32,000 nucleotides of DNA from Candidatus Harpocratesius repetitus (lineage in GTDB: Archaea > Asgardarchaeota > Lokiarchaeia > Sigyniarchaeales > Promethearchaeaceae): assembly GCA_021498095.1 (NCBI GenBank), contig JAIZWK010000001.1:1080001-1112000 (forward strand). The letters are read 5' to 3'. The notes under the pieces were generated by a model. The model saw only the letters and a list, made by a program, of their open reading frames with translations, made no database searches and was not told the DNA's origin. Below, piece by piece: positions 16,864 through 25,868 of the stretch (position 1 is its first letter; every line of letters begins with the position of its first letter). The position numbers and the translations under genes were made by a program.

Positions 16864-19341
16864 ATGATTGGTGAAAATTCCGGTTCGTTAACAGAAGTTC
16901 ATATTTTAGAACAGTTTGAATTAAGAAAGGAGATTGTTGGGTTTGAATTTACTAAGAAACGATTTACGGAATTCTTTCACGAAAACTTAAAAATTGTAAA
17001 AGCAGAATTACTTGCATTTTTTAGTCAAAATCCTGCAATCTTTTCCAGAAATAGTGAATTAAAGGAATTTTTAATTCGTGAAACGGATCTTTCTCCAGAT
17101 CATGAAGAATTTTTGGTTCAAGCCGTTGAAATTGGTGCTTTTTTCATTTTAAGTAAGCTTTTTACATATGAACTAATTCGGCAACAGGTAAGATCTTCCT
17201 ATTCAATTATTCTTCCTCCTGTTTATTCGAACAAAAATTCTGAGCGCTTTCAGAACCAAATCATACAAAACTATCGAAAGATTATGGATCTTTTTGAATT
17301 TGCTCCAATTTTCGCAATTAATCCTTTCATCAATTCATTTGATTTTTCTCCTTCTTTAATTTGTACATTAAAGGATTTCATTCATAAATTGCAGATGATG
17401 AATCTTCACCAGCTTAGCTTGGATTCATTCGGCTCGCTATTTCAAGATTTAATTCCCGCTATGGATCGAAAATTGCTTGGTCAAATTTATACACCCCCTG
17501 AAATCGCTGAATTTATGGCCAAATTAGCCATAAGAAATCCTGGAGATGTCATTTTAGATCCTGCTTGTGGATGCGGTAGTTTACTCTTACAGAGTTATCG
17601 TCGTTTATTTTCTTTACAACGAAAGGCAGATCCGAATTTATTGCATGAAAAAGTCCTTCATCAACTATGGGGAATTGAAATCAACGTGTTTCCCGCCTAT
17701 ATATCCATGCTTTCTTTGTCTTTTTTGAATTTAGCGACCATAACTGAATTTGTTGGAGTTTTATTAGAAGACTTTCTCCAATTGGGTCCATTGAATACTT
17801 ATATGGTTAAATCCAAGAATTTACAATCTGGAGACACCATTTCCCGTATTCTTCCTTCTTATTTTGATGTAATCATTGCAAATCCCCCATATATAAAACA
17901 GGAAAAAATACCCCGCAAAAAAATCATGATGAAGCAGTTACCTGAATTTGCAACCCAAAGAATTCAGCATAATGTAATAAAATCAAATCTTGATTCAAAA
18001 AAAAACGTAAAGAAACTTAAATTAGAGTTATCTGGAAAGACTGATTATTATGGCTTCTTTTTATGGTATAGTGCTTACTTTCTCAAAGAAGGAGGGCGTT
18101 TATGTTTCATCATTCCAAATAAATGGATGGATGTGAAATATGGAGAAAAAATTAAAGCCTTTCTTATGGAAAATTTTCAGATTCGGGCAATTATTAGCTT
18201 TGATCAAAATATTTTTAGATCCGCACAAGTTTCAACTGCAATTCTCGTTGCAGATAGATGTTCATCCCAAAAACAGCGCGAAGCAACTATTGTACAATTT
18301 ATTCGATTACAAAATAAAAATGCAATTCCATCTGTCTTGAAATTGGTTAACTCTACGAAAAATAATAAAGATTTCAATCAAATAAGGAGATTAACTCAAG
18401 AAAAATCAAATTCATATTTTTTTGATAATTCCATACAAGGAATTTCGAGAACTGCTGTTTTACAGAAATCGCTTCTACCAGTTGAAAAGTGGTCCATGAA
18501 ATATCTGTATCAAAGTCATTTTTCACAGATTCTCTCGAATCGAAAATTAATCTCCTTAGATAACCGTATTTTTTGCAGAGTTGTGGGTGGAATCAAAACA
18601 GGTGCGAATGATTTTTTCTTCCCATCCAAAGATATCTTGAACCACTTTAGAATTCCTTCTGAATTTTTGAAACCTGGAATTCGTTCTGGTCGCAATTTGC
18701 CTTCAACTTTTCTTATTCAAGAATCTATTAACCCATTTATTTCCATTCCTCCTGAAATCGAAGTTAATGATGAATCTAGGATTAGTGAATATATTCGATT
18801 TGGGCAAGATATTTGTCATTATCCTGATCGTCCTTCACTTCATTGGAAACCTTGGTATTCTATACCAGAAACACAGCAAGATTCTCCTGATATTTTATTT
18901 CTTCGACATATTGATAAGAGTTTTCGGGCTTATTGGAATAAAATTGGCGCGATAGTAGCTGATGGAATACGAGGGATTCAAGTATTAGATGATGAATGGT
19001 TGCTCTTTCTTTTAGGTGTTTGTAATTCTACATTTTTTTATTGGCAAGCTCACATGTTAGGTCGTTGGGAAGGTCAAGGCGACTTGCAGTTATTAGTTTA
19101 TGAATTACGTCGATTTCTCGTTCCTAACATGGGAGAAATTACAATTGATCAGAAAAATCAAGTAATTCAAGCAATGAAAAATATTTTACAAAATTCTCCC
19201 CAGATTGATCAAGTAACTGAGCAGCAGCAAGAAATATTAGATCGTGCCGTATTAAATTGTTTGGATTTAGAAGCTGAATATTCTTTACTAATTAAAGAAA
19301 CACAAATGATGGAACAGAAAAGATTATCAAAAGGGCTTTAA
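16864..19341 (+). CDS. N6-adenine DNA methyltransferase (type IIG/Eco57I-like MTase plus TRD)
   Basis: LGQIYTP, motif I DPACGCGSL, motif IV ANPPYIKQE, GRLCFIIP and VVGGIKTGANDFF. The ORF track starts at 16819; the first ATG is 16864. Confidence 0.88.
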   Translation: MIGENSGSLTEVHILEQFELRKEIVGFEFTKKRFTEFFHENLKIVKAELLAFFSQNPAIFSRNSELKEFLIRETDLSPDHEEFLVQAVEIGAFFILSKLFTYELIRQQVRSSYSIILPPVYSNKNSERFQNQIIQNYRKIMDLFEFAPIFAINPFINSFDFSPSLICTLKDFIHKLQMMNLHQLSLDSFGSLFQDLIPAMDRKLLGQIYTPPEIAEFMAKLAIRNPGDVILDPACGCGSLLLQSYRRLFSLQRKADPNLLHEKVLHQLWGIEINVFPAYISMLSLSFLNLATITEFVGVLLEDFLQLGPLNTYMVKSKNLQSGDTISRILPSYFDVIIANPPYIKQEKIPRKKIMMKQLPEFATQRIQHNVIKSNLDSKKNVKKLKLELSGKTDYYGFFLWYSAYFLKEGGRLCFIIPNKWMDVKYGEKIKAFLMENFQIRAIISFDQNIFRSAQVSTAILVADRCSSQKQREATIVQFIRLQNKNAIPSVLKLVNSTKNNKDFNQIRRLTQEKSNSYFFDNSIQGISRTAVLQKSLLPVEKWSMKYLYQSHFSQILSNRKLISLDNRIFCRVVGGIKTGANDFFFPSKDILNHFRIPSEFLKPGIRSGRNLPSTFLIQESINPFISIPPEIEVNDESRISEYIRFGQDICHYPDRPSLHWKPWYSIPETQQDSPDILFLRHIDKSFRAYWNKIGAIVADGIRGIQVLDDEWLLFLLGVCNSTFFYWQAHMLGRWEGQGDLQLLVYELRRFLVPNMGEITIDQKNQVIQAMKNILQNSPQIDQVTEQQQEILDRAVLNCLDLEAEYSLLIKETQMMEQKRLSKGL

Positions 19342-19404
19342 ATTCTCTTCATTATTAATATATTATTCAAAAAGTATATCTATAGAAGGAATGCATTAAA
19401 AAAC

Positions 19405-20319
19405 ATGGAACTTACAGAATTTGTTGATGATAATAAAGAAAAGAGAACTCAAAATTCTGTACTTATTGAAAAGAGAATTAAGAATAGAAAATTCAAAAAA
19501 ATTGTTGGTAATCCTCATCCCTTCCTTAAATGGGCTGGAGGGAAAAGGCAATTAATAGAACAATATGATGAATACCTTCCTAATGATATTGAAGAATATA
19601 TTGAACCATTTGTTGGTGGAGGTGCAATGTTTTTCTATTTGCTTCCAGATTTCGCTATACTAATTGATAATAACCCTGTTTTAATAAATACCTACAATGT
19701 CATCAAGAATAATGTGAATGAACTACTAAAACTATTAGAAAAGCATGAAAATAACTCTGAATATTATTATAATATAAGAAGCTTAGACAGACATCCTGAT
19801 TTTGATAAATTATCAGATATAGAAAAAGCATCCAGGACAATTTATTTAAATCGTTGTTGTTATAATGGATTATATCGAGTCAATAAAAAAGGGCAATTTA
19901 ATGTACCATTTGGGCGATATAAAAATCCCATTTTTTGTGATAAGGAAAATTTACTCGCTGTTCACCAATCTCTGCAAAATGTCGAATTAATTTGTGATTC
20001 TTTTGAAAAGGTAACAGAATTTGCTACAGAAAATTCTTTTATTTATATGGATCCTCCATATGTTCCAATTTCTGATACTGCAAGTTTTACTAGTTATACT
20101 AAAGAAGATTTTGGAAAGGAACAGCAAATTAAATTGAAAAAAGTATTTGAAACTTTGGATAAAAAAGGGAGCAAGGTAATGCTAAGTAATTCTTACTGTG
20201 AGTTCATTTTAGATTTATATGAAAAATATAAAATTAAAATTGTATATGCAACCAGAGCAATAAACAGTAATGCTAGCAAACGTGGAAAAATAAAAGAGAT
20301 ATTGATTTTAAATTACTAA
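19405..20319 (+). CDS. dam: Dam-family (D12 class) DNA adenine methyltransferase
   Basis: PFLKWAGGKRQLI, EPFVGGGAMFF, YNGLYRVNKKGQFNVPFG, DPPY, MLSNS and EILILNY. Confidence 0.92.
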   Translation: MELTEFVDDNKEKRTQNSVLIEKRIKNRKFKKIVGNPHPFLKWAGGKRQLIEQYDEYLPNDIEEYIEPFVGGGAMFFYLLPDFAILIDNNPVLINTYNVIKNNVNELLKLLEKHENNSEYYYNIRSLDRHPDFDKLSDIEKASRTIYLNRCCYNGLYRVNKKGQFNVPFGRYKNPIFCDKENLLAVHQSLQNVELICDSFEKVTEFATENSFIYMDPPYVPISDTASFTSYTKEDFGKEQQIKLKKVFETLDKKGSKVMLSNSYCEFILDLYEKYKIKIVYATRAINSNASKRGKIKEILILNY

Positions 20320-20477
20320 ACAATAAAAAGCTCCGGATATATCTGAAGTTAATTCATTCTACTCGTATTTTTGTTAATTTCAAATGCACGAAAGATTAAT
20401 AAGTATTTCTCTCTTAATTAATCAAAAATTGTTTTTTCTATGACAAAATAGATTAAAGATTAAATAAAAGTGATTAA

Positions 20478-21422
20478 ATGAATCAAGAAATGATTAAAAA
20501 TAAAATAAATTCAATAATAAAAAAGAGAAGATTTTTAAAAAAAAACTGGATAATCTTCTTTATTCTCGGAACTTCATTAATTTTGTTCCCTCTCGGAGTA
20601 ATTGACGGAAATATTTTTTCAAAATCGAAATTACCTAAAGAATTTCACCTTTACTATGGGTTTTGGGGTGCTGAATTCATCGTAGAAAATCAATATATCT
20701 TACGAAATGATTTACAGGAAATGTGGGATACTAATTATACTTCTGATTACCGATGGCAATCAGTTGCACATCTATTCTTAGATTTTTCCTATATCTCGGA
20801 TGGAAAATATACTTGCTCAGTTGAATTTAAAATATTGAATATTACAAGACACGGTTCACTGATATATGATTTATTTCAAAATCTTTTTTACATGCAAGAT
20901 AACGCCAGTAATGGTGTCTATGTTCCACTCTTCTTTAAAATTTCTCAAGTTCATCAAGATCAAGAGATCTTTTGTTCAAGGGACGCCACATCAAATATTT
21001 TTATACAAGATATTCACTATAATGGAATAAATGACTCTGTTAAAGGATTAGATTATACTTTTTATGATGAAAATATCTATTTATCAAAAGTGGATGTATT
21101 TTCTAATTCAATCCTGTATTATGATAATTTGAATGGATTTTTACTTTCTGGTAATTTACCTTTCAATTGTTTTGAAAACTTTTGTCAGTTAGCAATTCCT
21201 ACTTTTAACCGTACTAATTTTAGCGCAAATCCAGAATTAAAATTAGCAGATACTAATTTAAAATTCTCAATTTCCAATCTTGATGATGACCTGAACTCAC
21301 TAAATTCACCAAATGGAAATTTAGAAATTGTGATTTTTATTATTGCAGGAATTCTTGTTGGAGTTCCTATAATTGTAGTAATAAAAAAATCATATCAAAA
21401 TAGGAAAAAAAACTTTAATTAA
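20478..21422 (+). CDS. Membrane-anchored surface protein (N-terminal signal/TM, C-terminal TM anchor)
   Basis: Basic N-terminus plus hydrophobic stretch, Asn/Asp-rich ectodomain with several N-x-S/T sequons, then IVIFIIAGILVGVPIIVVI and a basic tail. Confidence 0.75.
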   Translation: MNQEMIKNKINSIIKKRRFLKKNWIIFFILGTSLILFPLGVIDGNIFSKSKLPKEFHLYYGFWGAEFIVENQYILRNDLQEMWDTNYTSDYRWQSVAHLFLDFSYISDGKYTCSVEFKILNITRHGSLIYDLFQNLFYMQDNASNGVYVPLFFKISQVHQDQEIFCSRDATSNIFIQDIHYNGINDSVKGLDYTFYDENIYLSKVDVFSNSILYYDNLNGFLLSGNLPFNCFENFCQLAIPTFNRTNFSANPELKLADTNLKFSISNLDDDLNSLNSPNGNLEIVIFIIAGILVGVPIIVVIKKSYQNRKKNFN

Positions 21423-21650
21423 ATGATTTTTTAGTTTTTTTCAATTTTTTTAATGCTTCTGTGAAATGTGGATGAATAAATTCCTATTTTTGCTTTTCTT
21501 AATAAAATGGATACTTTTCCTTATTATCTGCTTTTTCTTAAGATGGAAATTTGATAGTTCTATCATTTTTTTCAAATATGAAATCTTGATAATATAAAAT
21601 TGTTTTAAAAAGAGTTTTGAAAAAATTTCTTATTATTAAATTCCAAAAGC

Positions 21651-21703
21651 TTTAAATACTCATTTTGACTTTAGTTATTCAGAGATGACAACTTAAAGTT
21701 GTC
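21651..21703 (+). promoter_or_regulatory. Putative hsp20 promoter: TATA box TTTAAATA plus perfect inverted repeat GACAACT-TAA-AGTTGTC
   Basis: TATA-like box at 21651-21658 preceded by A-rich CCAAAAGC; palindrome at 21687-21703, about 45 bp upstream of the first hsp20 start. Confidence 0.55.
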
Positions 21704-21747
21704 TTTAACAAAATATGGAAAATTAAAAAATAAATCAGGTGAGCAAC

Positions 21748-22101
21748 ATGACTGACAGTAATGAAAACACAAAAAATCAATCCGAAATTGCTTCAAAAGA
21801 TGAATTTCGACCTAAATACCGAATTACTCCAAAATACGGAGTTTATACAGAAGATGATAAAGTCATTCTCCAGATCGCAATTCCAGGGGTTAAAAAAGAG
21901 AATATTCATATGAAAGCTCTTAAAGATTACTTCACACTTCGTGCACAGCGTGATGAAAATACAGTGTACATGTTAGATTTAGACTTTGGGGTCAAAATTG
22001 AACCCGAAAAAACTTCCTCACGTTATGAAGAGGGATTACTTCGACTTGAATTCAAGAGATTCAATCCTTTGGAACATGCATACAATGTTCCAATTCAATA
22101 A
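21748..22101 (+). CDS. Small heat-shock protein (Hsp20/alpha-crystallin) paralog 1
   Basis: QIAIPGVKKENI and YEEGLLRL motifs. GGTGA SD at 21738-21742 favours ATG 21748 over GTG 21739. Confidence 0.85.
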   Translation: MTDSNENTKNQSEIASKDEFRPKYRITPKYGVYTEDDKVILQIAIPGVKKENIHMKALKDYFTLRAQRDENTVYMLDLDFGVKIEPEKTSSRYEEGLLRLEFKRFNPLEHAYNVPIQ

Positions 22102-22180
22102 TCTTTTTTCTTATCATGCACCCTTATAAATTCATAGAAATCTAAAATATAAAATACAAACAATCAACAGGTGAAGAAAA

Positions 22181-22540
22181 ATGGCATTAGTAGAAAATGA
22201 AAAAAGTCAAGCTATGCAAAAATCCGAAAATCAAGAAGAAAAAGATGAAATTTACTATCGTGTCTTCCCAGACATGAGACGTCGAATTAATTATGAAGAT
22301 AATACTATCTATATCGAAGTTTCGCTTCCTGGAGTTAAAAAGGAAGATATTACACTTAAAGCCTTACCTACTTGGTTCCACTTAGTAGGAAAGCGTGGTC
22401 ATATGGAATATTCCGCCAATCAATCATTTGGTGCAGAAATTGTACCTGAGAAGACTGAAGCAAAATATGACAATGGATTACTCCAAATAACAGCTCACAT
22501 CCGAGATCCAATGGATGATGCAAAAGAAATCGAGCTTTAA
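22181..22540 (+). CDS. Small heat-shock protein (Hsp20) paralog 2
   Basis: EVSLPGVKKEDI, AKYDNGLLQI, C-terminal EIEL, and an AGGTGA SD. Confidence 0.88.
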   Translation: MALVENEKSQAMQKSENQEEKDEIYYRVFPDMRRRINYEDNTIYIEVSLPGVKKEDITLKALPTWFHLVGKRGHMEYSANQSFGAEIVPEKTEAKYDNGLLQITAHIRDPMDDAKEIEL

Positions 22541-22638
22541 TTCTCTTTAATCTTTTTTTATCGAAAATTTTCAGTAAATTACACAACAAATGAAATAATA
22601 CAATAATATTGAAAAAATAATAAAAAAGGTGATAAAAA

Positions 22639-23004
22639 ATGTCAATGGTGGAAAAAAAGGAAGATATGGTGGAAAAAAAAGATGATATCAAAGAAAATGA
22701 AGAATCTAAAATCAAATATCGGATTAGACCAACTCGTTACATTAACTATGATTGTGTAGATAATTCTTGGGAGATGGAATTTCATTTACCTGGTGTAGCA
22801 AAAGAGAATGTCAAATTTAAAATCCTAAAAGATGCATATTCATTAGAAGCAACTCGTGATCAAGCCCTTTACCATACAAGTGAATATTTGCCATTTGAAA
22901 TTGATTTAGATAGTGTAAAAGCGGAGTATAATAACGGACTTTTATATGTTTCTGGAAAGATTAAGGACCCCATGGCAGATGCTGTCGAAATTAAGTTAGA
23001 TTAA
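22639..23004 (+). CDS. Small heat-shock protein (Hsp20) paralog 3
   Basis: EFHLPGVAKENV, AEYNNGLLYV, C-terminal EIKL, and an AGGTGA SD. Confidence 0.88.
   Translation: MSMVEKKEDMVEKKDDIKENEESKIKYRIRPTRYINYDCVDNSWEMEFHLPGVAKENVKFKILKDAYSLEATRDQALYHTSEYLPFEIDLDSVKAEYNNGLLYVSGKIKDPMADAVEIKLD
22645..22686 (+). repeat. 21-bp tandem duplication in the hsp20-3 N-terminus (MVEKKED MVEKKDD)
   Basis: atggtggaaaaaaaggaagat followed by atggtggaaaaaaaagatgat. Confidence 0.8.
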
Positions 23005-23026
23005 GCTAGATTAAGTTAGATCAAGT
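22991..23026 (+). repeat. 10-bp tandem repeat spanning the hsp20-3 stop codon
   Basis: ttaagttaga ttaagctaga ttaagttaga tcaagt. Confidence 0.8.
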
Positions 23027-23165
23027 ATTTTTCTAAAATTTCAAAAATCAATTTTTTCTTCTTTTTTATTTATCCCTTTATTTATTTAGTTTTGGCAAGA
23101 TTTAGTGAATTTAATTGTACCTTTTGGTCAGAAAATAGAAAAATAATTAAGATTTCCGCATTTTA

Positions 23166-23201
23166 TTTAAATATCAAAATTCCTTAATATGTAATAAGGA
23201 A
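23166..23201 (+). promoter_or_regulatory. Putative asparaginase promoter: TTTAAATA box followed by inverted repeat TTCCTTA-N8-TAAGGAA
   Basis: TATA-like box at 23166-23173; 7-bp inverted repeat at 23180-23186 / 23195-23201. Confidence 0.4.
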
Positions 23202-23230
23202 AATTCTAAAATTCTTTGGAGAATACATTT

Positions 23231-24289
23231 ATGCAAACACGCCCTAAAATTCTATTAATTGGAACGGGTGGAACCATCACTGCTCAAAAGATAGATGGTG
23301 CTTGGACTCCAGGAAAGTTTTCTGAAATTGATTTACTGCATTTTATTCCAGAGATTGAATCTTTGGCTCAGATTGATACTATAAATCTGTTTAACATAGA
23401 TTCTGTATGCATGCAGCCGAAATATTGGGTTACAATTGCCCAAACAATTCAAAATGAATATGATAATTACGATGGTTTTGTAATCAGCCATGGAACCGAC
23501 ACTTTGCATTACACTGCTTCAGCCCTTTCTTTTTTAATCCAGAATCTCACAAAACCCATCGTCCTAACAGGATCAATGGTTCCACCACACGTAATTGGAA
23601 CTGATGCCCGTCGAAACTTAACTGATGCGGTAAGGGTGGCTGCAGAAACGAATATTCATGAAGTAGTAATTGTTTTCAATCGAAAAATCCTAAGGGGAAA
23701 TCGTACAAAAAAATTCAGAGAGGTTGAATTCGATGCATACCAATCTATCGGATTGCAGCCTATTGGAATAATTGAACAAGATATTCGTTATACAGGAGTT
23801 TCTTATTTTAATCGATCATTATCTGATCGCCCTCATTTCTTTGATAAAATGGAATTAGAAGTCTGTATTCAAAAGATTACACCAGGTTATAATCCAGAAA
23901 TTATTGCAAAACTTCGAGAAATTGGTTACAAAGGTATTGTGACAGAAGGATTCGGTGCAGGTAATATTCCTATCTATGAAAATTCGCTAATTGAAGAAAT
24001 TGAAGCCGCTACAGATGCAAAAATTCCTGTAATAGTTTGCTCACAATGTGCTATCGGATTCTCATGGATGGATTTATATGAATCTGGAAAAATGGCGTTG
24101 AATGCTGGAGCAATTCCTGGATATGATATGATTTCTGAGACAGCAATGGTTAAACTGATGTGGATTTTGGGAAATTTTCCCAATTTCTCGATGCAGGAAA
24201 TTCGCGCCAAGATTTTAGAGGATGTTGCAGGAGAAATATCTAACATTAAATCTCCAAAAGAGAAACGGGCTTGGGAATATGCTTTTTAA
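23231..24289 (+). CDS. ansA: L-asparaginase, type I (cytoplasmic)
   Basis: GTGGTIT, HGTDT, PIVLTGS, NRTKK and EGFGAGN motifs; lacks the GatD N-terminal domain. The ORF track starts at TTG 23216; ATG 23231 follows a GGAG. Confidence 0.9.
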   Translation: MQTRPKILLIGTGGTITAQKIDGAWTPGKFSEIDLLHFIPEIESLAQIDTINLFNIDSVCMQPKYWVTIAQTIQNEYDNYDGFVISHGTDTLHYTASALSFLIQNLTKPIVLTGSMVPPHVIGTDARRNLTDAVRVAAETNIHEVVIVFNRKILRGNRTKKFREVEFDAYQSIGLQPIGIIEQDIRYTGVSYFNRSLSDRPHFFDKMELEVCIQKITPGYNPEIIAKLREIGYKGIVTEGFGAGNIPIYENSLIEEIEAATDAKIPVIVCSQCAIGFSWMDLYESGKMALNAGAIPGYDMISETAMVKLMWILGNFPNFSMQEIRAKILEDVAGEISNIKSPKEKRAWEYAF

Positions 24290-24413
24290 TTATTAAAAAT
24301 CTTGATTTTTTCACAATATTTCATACAAAAAGGAAAAAAAAAATGATGGCTATTGCATTTAAAATCTTAAATTTTTGATTCATTATAGACAAATTATATT
24401 AAAATTATATTAA

Positions 24414-25868
24414 TTATCGATATGCATCAAAACGAGGATTAGGATCGAGTTTTTTCATCATTTCTTGCAATCCTGGTTCAACCCCCTGCATGAACATATA
24501 TCCCTTATTTGGCTCTCTTTTTGTAATTTCTCCACGAAGATTGGTTGTCATAATTTTTCGAACTTCTTCATAATTACGAGTCTGACCTAAAGTCCAAATC
24601 ATTTTTGAGTAAGCTGCAGAAGGTAACATATTTGCACCTTCAATCACACCTCGTGCCAGCATATCTCTACCAGTTTCATATACACGTAGATTGGTAAAAC
24701 CAAATAAAGGTTCAACAACAATCACAACTGGAATTTCTTCTTCTTGGGCTCGTTCCAAAGCATTAAACAAATAAGAACTAACATGACCCAAGCCTGTACC
24801 AATAATAACCATGCCGTGATATTTTTTGTCGATAACAGAATGTATCAAATCTTCATCCATGCCCGGGTAGAAATAGAGCATGGCAACACGTTCATCGATT
24901 TTGTCATTTAACCAAGTATCTTCAATATTCCCTCTTCGCTTAACATCTTGCTTAAGCCAAGTAATATTTTGATTAGCATCGATATAGCCTAAGGGAACGT
25001 CACTCAAAGTGCGAAAGGCATCTCGTCTGCTGGAATGCATCTTCCGGACTCGTGTTCCTCGGTGAATAAGGTTATAGGAGTCACTAGTGTTTCCGTGCAT
25101 AGAAACTACTACTTCGGCTAGATCAGCATGACCCGCAATAGTACTTGCATCAATAATATTCAACGGGCCGTCACTGGAAGGTCTGTCGCTGCTTCGTTGA
25201 GATCCAACACATACAATTGGGCGGGCTAAATCTTGAAACATAAAAGATAGTGCTGAAGCTGTAAAAGCCATTGTATCTGTTCCATGCCCGATAATGACTC
25301 CATCAGCGCCACTCTCAAATTCTTTCATAATTTCACGAGCAGTTTTAACCCAATATTCTGGTTTGAAATTTTCACTTAAGATTCCATAAATTTTTCGAGG
25401 TGTAAGATTACAAATATCCATTAATTCTGGAACGGCTGAAAATAACTCTTCTGGAGTGAATGCGGGCAGAACTGCACCAGTACGATAATCCAACCGACTT
25501 GCAACTGTCCCTCCTGTGCCAAGAAGCGTTACATTGGGTAAATCTGGTTTATATTTTACTTTTACTTCGGGTAACTTGTATTCTCCTTTACGAAAGCCTA
25601 ATTCTTCAATAGTACAATCATCAGTAATTTTTACTCCCACATTATAGCCTGTATCGACTTTGATTACCAAGTAATCTTCTGACGTGTGTTCACTTCGTGG
25701 TAGGATTACTCCTTCATACACTGCATTACCACGAGAAACCTTAACAACACTCCATACACCAACTCCTTCTCGAAGTAATCTTTCTCGGAGTTTGCCACGA
25801 TAACCGGTGGGTTCTTTTTCTATAGAAATATCTTTATTTTTTTGAATTGGTTCTGTCATTTGATTCAC
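24414..25868 (-). CDS. gatD: Glu-tRNA(Gln) amidotransferase subunit D, copy 1
   Basis: N-terminal YEGVILPR...GYNVGV domain, GTGGTVASRLDYRTGAV, HGTDT, GSQRSSDRPSSD and RVRKMHSSRRDAF. The start may be ATG 25859 (GGAGG upstream); the GTG at 25868 overlaps the gatE stop. Confidence 0.95.
   Translation of the reverse strand: MNQMTEPIQKNKDISIEKEPTGYRGKLRERLLREGVGVWSVVKVSRGNAVYEGVILPRSEHTSEDYLVIKVDTGYNVGVKITDDCTIEELGFRKGEYKLPEVKVKYKPDLPNVTLLGTGGTVASRLDYRTGAVLPAFTPEELFSAVPELMDICNLTPRKIYGILSENFKPEYWVKTAREIMKEFESGADGVIIGHGTDTMAFTASALSFMFQDLARPIVCVGSQRSSDRPSSDGPLNIIDASTIAGHADLAEVVVSMHGNTSDSYNLIHRGTRVRKMHSSRRDAFRTLSDVPLGYIDANQNITWLKQDVKRRGNIEDTWLNDKIDERVAMLYFYPGMDEDLIHSVIDKKYHGMVIIGTGLGHVSSYLFNALERAQEEEIPVVIVVEPLFGFTNLRVYETGRDMLARGVIEGANMLPSAAYSKMIWTLGQTRNYEEVRKIMTTNLRGEITKREPNKGYMFMQGVEPGLQEMMKKLDPNPRFDAYR

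Noticed and set aside
5704-20319. Dam plus MutL as an E. coli-like methyl-directed mismatch repair system
   Set aside because: This MutL has the intrinsic endonuclease motifs (DQHAAHERINYE, CAHGRP) that mark MutH-independent repair. No mutH is present, and the genes are 11 kb apart.
22991-23026. CRISPR-like repeat
   Set aside because: The units are 10 bp, directly adjacent and without spacers, and no cas genes are present.
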